Position numbers and translations under genes: made by a program
Notes under the pieces: generated by a model
Told to the model about the DNA's origin: nothing
Databases searched by the model: none
What the model saw: the letters and a program-made list of their open reading frames with translations, nothing else
Part shown: positions 40,390-53,457 of the stretch, piece by piece
Position numbering within the stretch: position 1 is the first letter of the stretch
Layout of the letters: each line of letters begins with the position of its first letter
Source: Lingula anatina
Taxonomy: Eukaryota; Animalia; Brachiopoda
Length of the DNA: 64,000 bases
Direction of reading: 5' to 3'
Assembly (NCBI GenBank): GCA_051362555.1
Contig: CM120641.1
Coordinates: forward strand, 48,180,401-48,244,400

Positions 40390-40781
40390 GTAAGTGGGTA
40401 TATATAAATCCTAATAGTTGTACATTTCATGAGATATCCTTAGAAAAGACACCTTCACATACTACTTCCAGTCAGACGCAAATTGCAGACACTAAAATAA
40501 TGTAATCTGAATCTGTAATGTGTTATTTTTTATGAAAAAATTATACAGATGTGAACAGATTCACATACCTTAGTTCTGCCCTACAGTACTTTTCCTACGT
40601 AGTTTGCTTTTATAAAAAATAATGCAAAAAAATCCGTAGACCTTAAATTTTGAGCAATTTGTTTTTGTCGTTTGTAAATGTAGTAGATGTAAAATACAAC
40701 AATGACACTGTCTTGCCATGCCAGTGAGGTAATTTTTTCACCTCTCTAAATCAACCACATGATTTTTTCAGTATTCCCAGC

Positions 40782-43700
40782 ATGCCTTGTTGGTACTATG
40801 ATAAAGATGAGTTTCAGAAAACTCCTTCCCAGGCAGATGGCATTGACCAGGAAACGGAGGCCCGGTATCGCAAGGAGGGGGCCAGGTTTATCATTGATGC
40901 TGGCAACAAACTAGGACTGTATCCTTATACCACATGACTCACGTAGAGCTAGGCTTAGGTCTGGATTTGGAGTCTTACTATTTTCTCAGTCCAATATAAT
41001 GAAACAAATATGAGAAATGTGAAAGTGGATGTAACAGGTTATATGTGCAAAGATTTGTTACTGTACTGCTTGTATAGCATGCAATGAATAATACCAGAAT
41101 TAATAACCCAGTTTGGCTGTAGGATAATCTTATAAATATTGTGATTACGATAACATTGGGGGTGGGGGAGGCTTATTTTGAAGACGTGATGTCATGAAAC
41201 TTTTATACTTTAAGAACAAGGTAATGACTGATATATAAGTTGAATACTAACATAATGTATGTTATCAAAATAATTCCTAACTTCCTTAACTGCATCACCA
41301 GTCGTTATGACACTTGTGCCACAGGAGTTGTGTACTTCCACAGGTTTTACATGTACCATTCCTTTAGAGAATTCCACAGATATGTGAGTGGAGTTCAGTA
41401 AAGTCTTAATTACAGCACAAATAATACAACTCAGAGCAAAGATGTCAGTTGTAAAATATGATAAATGAAGCAGTGTAGTATGAATGTCATGCCAAGCATG
41501 ATAGTTGAGTTTGATTTTTCACGTGATTCGATGAAATATATGAAAATGTATCAAGTAAACATTATGAAGATACATATATGGGATATCAGTAATATTAGTA
41601 TATATGTAATTCAAATGGCTGTAAAGTCTAAACTCTGTGTAAACTCTTATATAATATGTAAGAAGTGGAGTTCTATTTACTGTGTATATATCAGCTGTCA
41701 TATGTTAACCCTCCTGTATCCCCCTATGTCCAGGTGATGGGTGCCTGCTGTCTATTCCTGGCTGGGAAGGTAGAGGAGACACCTAAGAAGTGCAAGGACA
41801 TCATTAAGACAGCAAGATCCATGTTGCCTGACCAACATTTCATGGTGTTTGGAGAGGACCCCAAGGTACATCATATATATACTAGCCTGCTATCTGTTCT
41901 CTCAACAATGTTTAGTTTTGAAGGTGAAAGCATGGAGGACATTAAATTTTGGTCATGTGCCTTATAAGTTACCATTGTTGGTTCAGTACTTGTTGCTATT
42001 TTGTCTGTTATTATTTATCTGTGATTAAGATAAAGCATCAGTGAAGCTATATTCATACTACAGAAACTCACAGTACTTGTTAATCCATTATTATTTTTGT
42101 GCAGTAAATTAACATTTATTTGTAGGAAGAAGTGATCACAATGGAGAGAATTCTGCTACAAACCATCAAGTTTGACCTGCAGGTGGACCACCCCTATTCA
42201 TTCCTGCTGAGGTTTGCTAAAGGCATCAAAGGTGAGCAAAATTATTTTTCTTGTTTAATTTTATCTCATGATTATGTGCAGCATGTATAAAGCATAAATT
42301 GCTTTGTGTATCAATATAAAAATGAGAGTGAAAAAATGTTGGATGTTGCAATTAAATTTTTATGTGGGTCTTATTTTAGACCCTTACTGATAAGACATGG
42401 CTATTAGACTCTGTTTCAGTGGTGGGGGGTCAGTTTTTATTTAGATGCATGAAGAACCCCCCCCCCCCCCCCCCCCCAACACACACACACACACCATTGT
42501 ATGTTGGAGACTATACCAAATATATTTTGTCCTAGTCTTAACTATCCAAATGAAAAGAGATCTATTGCTAACACAAAGCTGTTATATTTCAGGTGATAAA
42601 CAGAAAGTCCAGAAGATGGTGCAGATGGCATGGACATTTATCAATGACGGGTATGGCTTATTAGAGCCAAAACTTAGTATAATCCTTTTTATAAAATACT
42701 GTATAACAATGTTGTTGCAGAATAATGATATGTAAAAGCTTATAAATGGATATAGTAAGAAACAGGCAGCAGCATTTTAGACCTGTATAGGAAGCTTCAT
42801 TATGCAAAGTGCTATAGTTGACTGTTTGAAATTAATTCAAAGGACTGTCTTATGCTATTTACATTTCTGTGTTACACAAACTGGTTCCTCCTATAAAGAT
42901 AAGTTATGTGAATCTCTTAGTTTCTCTTATATTGTTAAATTCATGATTTAGATTCCTATTTCATCCTATGCTGTAACGTACCCATATTAGAAGTTCATGT
43001 GATTCATCCCTGCCTCTTCCAGCCCATGTACCACGCTGAAGTAGATTCCTATTTCATCTTATGCCCATAATTGGAATTTTTTTAATTAAAATTTTAGAAT
43101 TAAAATTCATTCACCCCTGTCTCTTCCAGCCTGTGTACCACTCTGTGTCTGGAGTGGGAGCCAGATATAGTGGCTGTGGCACTGATCTACCTGGCCAGCA
43201 GACTGTCCAAGTTTGATATTACAGACTGGGAAGGCAGGGTGCCAGGAACCAAGGGGAAGTGGTGGGAACACTTTGTAGAGGACGCTACTCTGGAGTTATT
43301 AGAAGGTGAGGCTATAGTAATAAATTCTTAACAGAAAGTGATGGCTATTGAAATTTTAAAACTTGCCATGAGCCTTATAGCCTGAAGATGTGTATGCAGT
43401 GAATTTACAGATATTGGTCTCTAACGATGAAAAAGGTATTTATGAAAATAATAAGTTTAAAAAGTTCCCCAGCTTCTATTTTAAATAGTGTCATTAGATG
43501 TGTAATTTGTTTCAAACATGGTCGTAGAGTAACAAAACAAGATATCAATCTATCCTGAAGTGATAAAAAGAAAAATTGTTTCTTTTTCTCTCAGACATCT
43601 GTCACAGAGTGTTGGACCTGTACTCCAGCAACCCCCAGAAGAGGGCGGAGTCCCCTCCCATGATTACCAACAGAACTCCTGAACAGAGACAGCTGTTACT

Positions 43701-45201
43701 ACAGCAGCAGCAGGCACTGCCAGTGAAGAAACCTGTAAGTGTCAGAACTACATTGTCTTGGACTTGCATTGAATTGAAAAAAAAGAGGGGGGGGGGATCA
43801 CTGAAAGTGTTTCACATTAAGAAAGTGAGTACTCTGATTCACATTGACTTTATGCAAATACAAAACCTTTAATTCTATTTCAAGTCCACACCCCCTGTGT
43901 GATAAATAGTATCTTAGAATTGCATTGGATTATTACAAAAAAAGGCAAAATATTCCACTGGTTCACCTTACTGAAATATTGTATATCACATTGACAATAT
44001 TCAAGAACAGCACCTTCATTTCTATTTCCAGTCCACACCCCCAGAACCCCCACAGCCAGCTAAGGTTCCCAGACAGGATGGTAGCAGGTCCTCCAGTGTC
44101 ACCCCCACCCCTGGGGCCAAACCCTCCAGGGGACCCAGCACACCCACATCCCCAGGGAGGCCATCGCACTATGCCGGACAACAGCCTGTGGAGAAACCCC
44201 TCACCCCCCAGCCAGGGCCAGTACCCCCTCAGGGGGTGGTAGCAGGCACCCCAGGGGGTCAGTACGGCAGTGTGACCCAGCCTGTGGGGACCCCCACCCC
44301 AGGGCAGTATAACACCCCCTATCAGCAGCCACCCCCTGCTCTACCCCCTCAACCAGCACAGACTACCTACAGCAGCTATAACCCCTACATGTCCTCTCAG
44401 ATGTACACCTCTTCCTTCATGTCCCAGGAGGGCTCCCAGGATATCAAGTCTCTGATCAACCAGGCCAGTACAGCAGGCAGTGTTGGCTATAACCCCCAGT
44501 CAGGCACTCCTGCCCCTGTGTACAACCAGGCTACTGCCCCAGCTACATTCTCTACCAGTACTGCCTTCCCACAGCAGCAACCTGGATACCAACAACAGCA
44601 ACAACAGGTGCCCTATCAGCAGCAGCAACCCTATCCGGGACAGGCAGGACAGGTACAATATCAGCAACAACAACAGCAGCCTCAACAGCCCCCTGGTATG
44701 TACCAACAGCCACCCCCTCCAGTGGGGCAACAGGCGGGATACCAACCCAGAAACTTCCAGTCTCAACCTCTCCCCCCTCAGCAGCAACCACCACAGCAAC
44801 AGCAGGGGTACGGGTTTCAAAATCAGACCTACCCCCCTGCACCCTACCCCCAGGGGCAGGCCCCACCCCCTCAGCAGCAGGGGGCTGGGTACCAAGGAGG
44901 CCCCCCAGGTCAACAGCAACAACCCCAGGGAGGGTTTCCTGGCCAACAAGGTGCTGGGTTTCAAGAGTTTGGAAATTATAACAAACCTCAAATGATGGGG
45001 CCAGGGGGATTTCAAGGACAATTCCCCCCACAGCAACAAGGGCCCGAACAGGGTTTTTCAGGTGGTGGTAACATGTATGGACAAGGGGGGCCCCCTCAGG
45101 GAGGCCCCCCAGGGTCAACACAGCACCAGCATCATAACTTTAATAAATCCAAAGCACGGCATTCTGCCCTGACAAACATTAAGATAACTGGGCGGAGGTA
45201 G
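40782..45201 (+). CDS. CCNK: Cyclin K
   Basis: Exons 40782-40918, 41302-41383, 41734-41865, 42126-42231, 42593-42650, 43130-43305, 43595-43734, 44032-45201. [94 protein letters not shown], then a long P/Q/G-rich tail. Confidence 0.96.
40919..41301 (+). other. U12-type (minor spliceosome) GT-AG intron in CCNK
   Basis: Donor GTATCCTT at 40919; branch site TTCCTTAAC at 41282-41290, 11 nt before the acceptor; no polypyrimidine tract; removal restores ..[12 protein letters not shown]. Confidence 0.92.
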
Positions 45202-48200
45202 TGGAGTATAACATTACTTCTTTTTATTTAATAGAAAAAGCATGCTTGTGCGGTTGTAATATTCTCACAGACTCTCAGTCGTTCCCCAAAGAGAAACTGT
45301 ATAACTGAAAACAGATCCGGGGAACCTTACACAAAATAAAAGGAGTCGCTGAAATGTGAAGCTGCCATGGCGCTGCTTGCTGTTATCCAGTAAAGTCGGG
45401 ATTTCCGATGTGTGATCGTTGAAGGAGCATCCTCGTGGAACTCGAGTTAAGGGAACTGACTTCTGTGTCAACATAGTGGACCTGACACAGATAACTTTCA
45501 TTCTAAATAAATACAGCAGTTGAAAAGAAAAATGTTGGCGTTTTAAATCATTATAATGGTCCGCTTGGGCTAGAGAGTGAATTGAAAACATTGCAAAAGT
45601 TTAATAGGGCGGTAAGCTTAAGTTTTATAAAGGTGAAAATCGTGTTGTAAACAGTAATTGTGATAAAACGATAGCTTAGCAGTCCTTATTAAGAACATAT
45701 TTAAATTTTCAGGTGACGGTAGATGCAAGCGTTTTATGGCATGTTATTACGTTCATTAGCAAACAGTATTTGAAATGTGGCGACATTTTCTTTTATTGAA
45801 GTGTAAATTATGAATCACTTGTCAGCTCGGCTAATCAGTAGTTACCGTTATCATGAAAGGGTATAGTTTCTTCATTTAAAGGGATAACAACTGTTCGTAA
45901 GATATTCATATTTCACAATAAACAACCCACAGAAATATAATAAATTCTATTTTTCCACCAAAACTGCAGTTAACGCAATTATTTTGGAATTTGTGCTTGC
46001 CATCACATCACGTGACCTCCATACGTGGTTACACTCTTGTAATAATCTCTTAAGAGAATATTACAAAAACAAACTTTTTAGAAAAAACTAGGGACTAACT
46101 TTGAATGTTTGAATGGATTAATTAACCATTGGTTTGTACATGTATGAGAAAATTGTCTTTTACCCCCGGGAAAAGTCCAGTTTTTGGCCATAGTGAACAG
46201 TTGTTATCTCTTTAAGCATATAGACACGGAAGCAGATGTGCCTACAGCTGTAAGTAATACAATGTTCGTGACACAAGCTATGAGAAAAGTAACAGCTGAA
46301 ATTTATTTATGTTATTATTACTGCGATAAGTTTAAGATTACATCATTCGCTTATTTCACGAACAGCGTAAGGGGCGGGTTGTTTATAACAAAGTAAAGCG
46401 ATTTTTATTAAATCGTATTGTGTTAAACAATTAAACAATGTTTATCATGGTGATAAATTTATATGAATAAACATCGGGACTACACAAATCACAAGGATGA
46501 TATGGAAAGCGCGTTTCGATACAGCATTTTGAATAAATGATTTAATCAGGTGAAGGTTAGTGTAAAGGGGTGAAGCTCCAAACAATATTCTCAGCGTACA
46601 ACGATCATTTTGGTTTTTCTTTTGTTCTTGCTGTTCATGTACCCTCTACAACCAGGACCGCAGATTTATTATGTGCACTTTTCTCTAACGCGACAGTGCA
46701 GAAAAGTGCCAGAGACATATCAGTAAATATCTTATTAAATTCCTTCTGTGGCCCTAGTAGAGGATACAGTTCTTGTTAGTTTCCCGTGGAAAAAAACTGG
46801 ACCACGACCGGTCAACAACATCCGGGCAATTATAATGCGGGGATTTTTCTTTTGATATCAAAGTACTGTAACCAGTATTAAAGAAATAATTAATGCATGT
46901 ATGGCGAAAGTCGGGTCTTTTTCTGATGAAGAAAGTTTCCCTGATTATTTATACCAGGCGGTAGTAGAAAAAAAGTCTCAAAAGTGTCTATGGTGACAAT
47001 TGTTACCGAATATTTTGAAAATAATGTAGATCGTTGTAGCCTACCTCAAACGGTTACGACCACAACGACTCCCTCTATTTCCTGCCACACCTGCGGCTAT
47101 TCACTCCCACAAATACACACACACGTTTCCACAAGTGCGGTTTAGGAAAACCCAAAGGTGTGATTGGCGTTTTGTTAAAATGTATTCATACTTTTGGCTG
47201 AGGAGTGTTTTGTTTGATGCTGTGTGCACAGCTGAAGATAAGTTTAAAAAAAACGATGTCTAACTTAGGTCTGCTCTTAAGAGAGGTCTTTTCTTTGTTG
47301 TGTATATGTTTAACAACATTTAGACATTGCCGTGCATTTGGGCAAGAACACTAAAATACGAGAATCTAAGTGCACAAATTACGTGGTGTGACAGGAAAAA
47401 CGTACCGATCAAGAAGAGATGGTTTGGGAGGTGAGATAATATCACAGGTACTCAAAGATTGTGATAACAGCTGTTTTGAGTGGCAGCATTCCAACGAGAG
47501 CAGTGTACTTACCCAACGTCGAATCTATTTTTAAAATGGGTAAATTTCGAAGACATATTATACAAAGAAACAAAAGGCAAGTTTGAACTCGCCCAAACAT
47601 GTTAACGAATCGAATGTCTTTATCGGTGGAATGCGTCTTAACGACCAAACAAATTTGTTTTGTTATTCGAAAAATATTTGTGGTCATTTATATCAATAGA
47701 AATACTAATACACGAGGTCAATTTCCCTCTATCTTGGTCACATAAAATCTTTTCACTAGACATTTACAGATAATTCTCTAGCTTATTTACTCTGTGCACG
47801 GTTATGTATCCCTAACAGCGAGAAGTTTTGCGTAGTAATAATACAAAATCCATGCGGTTGATGGTGCAGATAAGAGCCAAGTACAATTCAATTTTTTCAT
47901 GTTATTAAAAAGTTTATTCCTCAGCATACCTCACCAATAATACCATATGGTTGGCCGTGCATTTTCTATTTGGCTCGGAGTTGGGTGGTTTCTGATGGAA
48001 ATCCCCGTTCTGCACAGTAGGCCTATATCAGACAGATTACATCGCACATATGTAATTGTTTGGCTTGGATATTCGTGTACATAAAAGCTGCATTTTAACG
48101 AAGAAGTTTCAATTTTTGACATTCTTCAGATCCACACTTATCAACGCGAGCTTTGTAGCAACTATTACTGCTCTAAGTCAACCGAATACTAGATCTTTAA

Positions 48201-48231
48201 AAGCAAATATACCCTAAAAAGGTGACAAAAC

Positions 48232-48806
48232 ATGGAAAACAGCATCTGTTCTGGAATTTGTCACCAAATCCCACCAGCCACAGGGGAACACTTCTTGCAG
48301 CTTGCCTCCAAACAAGAGAGCGATGAAAACTTCCTGGACCCTTCAGCGTTTCCACTTGAAGAATATGACGCTTTAAGATACTGCACTGCAGAACTGCCCG
48401 ACTTTGAAAACGCCAATGTCGAAGCTCTTGTAAAAGGCGATCTGAGCCCACTTGTTAGGGAGGAACTGAGATACAGCATACTAAGAAGATGCAATGGAGC
48501 TGTGAAGGCAGAATATAAAGAGTCAACAGTTGAAGAGGTAGGAGCAGTGCACAATTAGTGCAAGTTTTTATCCATTATTTGTATTTGTATATTATTTTTA
48601 ATGAAAACTCCGAGACGGTATTTCATTTTTATGCTTTGCTCAGGTCATTTATTGCTATTTCATCGTCATGTGGAATAGCATAAATGTCTCCATCTTGTGG
48701 GCATTTACGTAACTTTTCCATATTTCAAAAACGCCAAAAAATATTCGGCCTTACACATCCAGGTCTCTTCATTCATCAGTATCACGTTAAACATTTTTCT
48801 ATTGTT

Positions 48807-48846
<40 letters not shown>

Positions 48847-49014
48847 TTTCAAGTAAAAATTGTCTAACTGTTGGCGGAACGATATTTTATTAAGATCAAT
48901 AAATGTTTATATCTTTTCCAGTCATTTTTGCACTACATTTTATACGCACATTTTTAACCTTTTTGAAGTTTTTTTTAGAACTTTTCAGTCTATAATAACA
49001 ACAACAACAACAAC

Positions 49015-49048
<34 letters not shown>

Positions 49049-50472
49049 TTAATAACATTTTATGTTTATAACCCACTTTTACAAAAAGACTTTTACTTAA
49101 CAATAATATATATTTTACATTATTTAAACCATCGACAGCTAGATGGCTACATGTAGTCCCGAAAGTTCGTTTGGTAAAACAATTTAGAGTGTATAAATCA
49201 GAAACCGAAACTTCGCATTCCAAAATCATTTCCAAACTAAATACGAGTATGATACCAGGTATTCCCCTTTATACGGGTATTAGTTGGTGGTTAGCCTTTG
49301 GTTTGGTAAAACAATACTAGCACTTATCAAGCCGTCAGTGAGTGGCCCTAACAACGAACTAAGTTAATTAGCTCAAATTGTAATCTACATTATGCTACAC
49401 ATGTGTGAAAACTGCGGGATTCGTCGAAAGCGACAACAACCATTCTCCAGTCAACAACACTTTCCTACCTTTTGGATATTTAATTGAGTCGAAAAGGGGA
49501 ATCTCGGCCGCAAAAACATCGATCTTGACATGTAGCCAGACTTATTCACGGTGTGCCTTTGAGGCGTCTTGTTTGTTGCTGTTCACGTCATGGCAGAAAG
49601 TCCATATAAGTTTTATAGAAAAGAGTGGACACGTTGATATTTCACTTTGACTTAAAATACGTATTTTCCAGGCGCTCCGTCCCTCGGCATGGATGGTTTA
49701 TAATGCACAGTGTTGTAATGGTGTGCGTCATGGATGGATTATGTTAGATATGCTTATTTATTCTCCTCCACACCCACACGTTCTACCAACTCATTGTGTT
49801 ACTCTACATGATTCGCACAATATATTCAATCTGCGTGTGGCACTGATGTTTTTATCTTTCAAAGTTGACTTGTTGTATCTTATATCAGCTATCTCCCGAA
49901 GAACAAGAACGGAGGGATGCGCGGCGTGAGAAAAACAAAATGGCCGCCAGAAAATGCCGAGACAAAAAGAAACAAACCATTCAGGATCTCGTTAAAGTAA
50001 GCGGTACGCTCACTAGTTTGTTTTTAATCAATACATATATGTTCAGTTATTTTACAATTTTAATATATATTGTCAACGAAGCAAATAGCTTGCCTTGATA
50101 TTATAAAATTAATTCCATAATTAATTTTTTGCTTAGGTGTATGAGCTCTTCTTCCCCCTTTAAGTATAGTTTCAATAAGGACTGGCCGCCGAACGTCGTG
50201 TCAACATGGTCTTCACTGTTCGCTACAGTGTTGTACAAATACTGCCTGTTTGAAGATGCAAGTCGTTATGACTTAGGTGATGACCTATATACCTGTGATA
50301 ATGCCTGTAATGCCTGATCACTTCTTAGTATTCTATCTTCCAGAAAAACAACGATCTTGAAAGTCAGAACACTTCACTGCGTTACCAAATACGACAGCTG
50401 CAGAAGGAAAAGAACGCGGTTCAACGCGCTCTAGACAATCATTTGGCTCAATGCCCGCTCATTTCAAGTTGA
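48232..50472 (+). CDS. ATF3/JDP2-like bZIP transcription factor, paralog A (180 aa)
   Basis: Exons 48232-48537, 49889-49996, 50344-50472, all phase 0. DF..LSPLVREELRYSI resembles the ATF3 N-terminal motif LTPFVKEELRFAI. Basic region LSPEEQERRDARREKNKMAARKCRDKKK, leucine zipper, ends HLAQC (HxxxC of the Fos/ATF3/BATF group). Confidence 0.88.
48808..49028. repeat. (ATTT)n and (AAC)n(AAT)n microsatellites
   Basis: Runs at 48808-48849 and 48993-49028. Confidence 0.9.
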
Positions 50473-51933
50473 TTTTAAATGGCGAAAGAACTGAACTTGA
50501 GACTTAGTGCGTTTTCAGAGCCAATGTTTTATCAAAATACCCGAATAGCGTTATAGGTTTTGTTTTGTTTGCTTTGTTTTGTAATAGTAAAGTAGCACGC
50601 CAAGGAAAGGAAAGATGCCCTCGGGTAACTTCTTTTGAACTTATAGGTAGCGTCTTTATACATGTTCATTCTGTATTCTGTCTGTCTGAGGTTTTATAGA
50701 TATTATCAAACTGATTATTTCTTAAGATTCAATAATCAGGGGATATCTTGGTACATGTATAGTATGATGCTAGCGTACGATCAGTGCTGTGAGCAGTTGG
50801 CTCGGCGTTATTATCGCACATAGTTTACATATATGATTATAAAATATCAGGTATATAAAGTGTAAAGATGATGCATATCTATTTATGTTATTTTGAGGCT
50901 ATTTATTTGAGTAAAAGTTTTTTTTTTTTTTTTTTTTTGTATTATTATAATCATTTATCTCTGTACATTTTCACCAGCTCAGTCTGATGGAAAAAAGTAG
51001 TAAAAAAGTATATTCATATGAAGTATTAGATAAATGTGATTGGTTGACAATATTCATGACATAATCATTCGTTATTACAACTTATTCATTTCATCCTGAA
51101 GTAAACAATTATAGCTTTTAGATAAACAAATAGTTAATACATTAGATAATAAACCAATTATCTAATTGACAAAATGATAATGATGAAGCATTTTTTTTCA
51201 TTTTTTGCTTACCTTATCATTTAATTAAATTTAAGAAGTGACAAATCATTTGGGAATTTTTCGTTGAGATGATAAGGTAAAGGAAAACAACACATCAGAC
51301 TGGAGGAATGCGGAGACCCAGGTTTCCACTAGGGGCTAGGTAACCAGTCTGACAGGAATCGGGTGTTTATTTTAGTACTGAATACATTGTTAAACCAAGG
51401 GAGAACAAAAACGGGCGAGAGCTCAAACATTCTTCATATCTAAAATTCACTGATTTTTAAATATGTTTTCAAAAACCAAAACGATTAATCATTCTTTTTT
51501 CCAAAATGCTTCACAGTATGTTTCAAATAAGTTAAATTATTGGGGGTTTTGAGAATGATGTTTTTGTCCTTGTATTTCTATTTTGAATATCAACAACATA
51601 CTGCCGCTATATCTTGGCTTTCATCTTGGAAGACGGCAGAAAGGGGAATCCCCTACTGTACAAGTTGTTAATAGGGGATTTCCCCTATACCATCCAGGTT
51701 CCAATGTAACATGGCTGCAGCCGAGCTGGAAAAAATCATGTTTTTCTCAATTACTTGTTTAGAAGTAAATCAGTGAAAACTCAGTGTTAACGGCGTTTAA
51801 CACACGACAACATTGGACGGGTGTAGTCTACTGATGTGGAGGTGTCCCCAGACAGCGTCTGATGGCCCGCTGATGCGTCCACATCGAACTACTGATCATT
51901 GCAACGCCCCTTCATGTCCCTTTATTTTGCAAT

Positions 51934-52203
51934 ATGGAAATATTTGACGTACATGAAGAAATAATACAGGGCAGTGATGAAAGACCAGAGGATGCAGAAT
52001 TCTCATTTTCTGAAGAGGACCTTGATACCGATTTCAATTTTGATTTCTCAGCATCTGACCCAGAGGAAGTGAACAGTAACGATGTAGAGAAGGCTCTCAG
52101 TAACCCTGTGAAGCGAGAACTAAGGCAGAGGGTTTTGGCTCGCAACGCGAGGTCAGGAAAGACTGATGTCCATGTAGAATACAGGACAGAGATTAACGAA
52201 CCT
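51934..52203 (+). CDS. ATF3-like N-terminal coding exon with no bZIP exons of its own: alternative first exon of paralog B, or an orphan
   Basis: Intact 90 codons, acidic, ALSNPVKRELRQRVL homologous to the motif in the 48232 and 53458 exons, strong phase-0 donor CCT|gtaagt compatible with the acceptor at 58128. Confidence 0.72.
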
Positions 52204-53457
52204 GTAAGTATTGGGAATATTGATGTGCATCGTCTCCAACACAAAGTACACTCTATGTAAACAACTACGGCAGGTGCTGCATCATCAACATAACAATGAC
52301 TTGGTTACGTTCGATAAATCGGTCATTGCCTCTTTACCAAAGCGTTTTAGTATCTTGGACGATTATTGGTTTTTTTTCCCATAAAATTTTATCGCTGAAA
52401 TTGAGTCCTTCAATTCAAACATCAAGGAAGTAAAATAATTATTAACCAATAGGAGTTAAGCTGCGGTAAGATGATGATGGAAAATGCTGCAACTATTATC
52501 AATCATTCACTCAGCCCTTTTTTGCAAAATATGGCCATATGTGTTAAAGGCTCGATAATGTTTTGAAAGATATGACATGTTCAAAGTGACCTTTGTGATA
52601 TGTTATGTGCATATAGTTGTAACCTAGGTCACGTTGTGCGGAAATTCCAAAGGGGAATCCCCTTTTCGCCATTAATTATGTATGCATGAACCCGGGTAAC
52701 GTTATTATGGCCGCCAGAATCAGGTTACTGAAAAGAACTTTTTGAACAGAAAATGCCCTTTGTTTTCTTGCTTGAGAAAATTTATGCCAGCTGCTTAAAA
52801 AACAACTTGTGAACTTGAGAAAACATAAAAGGCGTGGTTTGAAAGTGAGGCAGAAAACTTGATGCTGGAGAAATGTAATTTTTAAGATAAACATACCTTT
52901 TTCAATTTTTGGAAAAAAGCATATTTGAATATCGCAATTAGTTAGTCAGCCACCTATAAATGTTTTTTTTTCTCCCCAAGATACGAATTAAAAAAGAATG
53001 ATATATTAGCAAAGTTAAATCTCTTTCACTATGCATTGAACTGTCTTGCTTTTTTAAAAGAAAAAGTTAAGCAAATCTGCTGCACAAAATGCCCTTTGTT
53101 GCCCAAAGCAGAGCTCATTACTTTCATTACCTTAGTACCGCATATGCATTTTTATTGTTATTACTACATCAAATGATTTTAATCTAAACAAAATTACTTA
53201 TAAATACAAATATATACAGCTGACATGATTTGTATTAACATATTTGCACGTTATCGCCGGGAATTCCCAAGGGGTTTTCAAATACGCAGGCGCAGAAGAT
53301 CGATGAAATCAGGTGTCATGATCACAGTTTAAACAAATCAAACTAGTTCTCCCGACGTAATCTCCGTGGGAACCCAATTATCAAAAACCAAGTGGACATT
53401 TGGGAAAAAAGCAAAAAATGTAATATATTTTCTTAAAAAGGGTTACGATTTGAAATT

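Noticed and set aside
44480-45121. Three long overlapping or antisense ORFs (171-189 aa)
   Set aside because: By-products of the GC-rich low-complexity cyclin K last exon.
52690-52740. atggccgccagaa, identical to part of paralog A's basic-region exon; possible remnant bZIP exon for the 51934 exon
   Set aside because: Only a 13-nt match, N-x-x-A-A spacing is off by one, no flanking homology, acceptor or zipper exon; chance or an unrecognisable relic.
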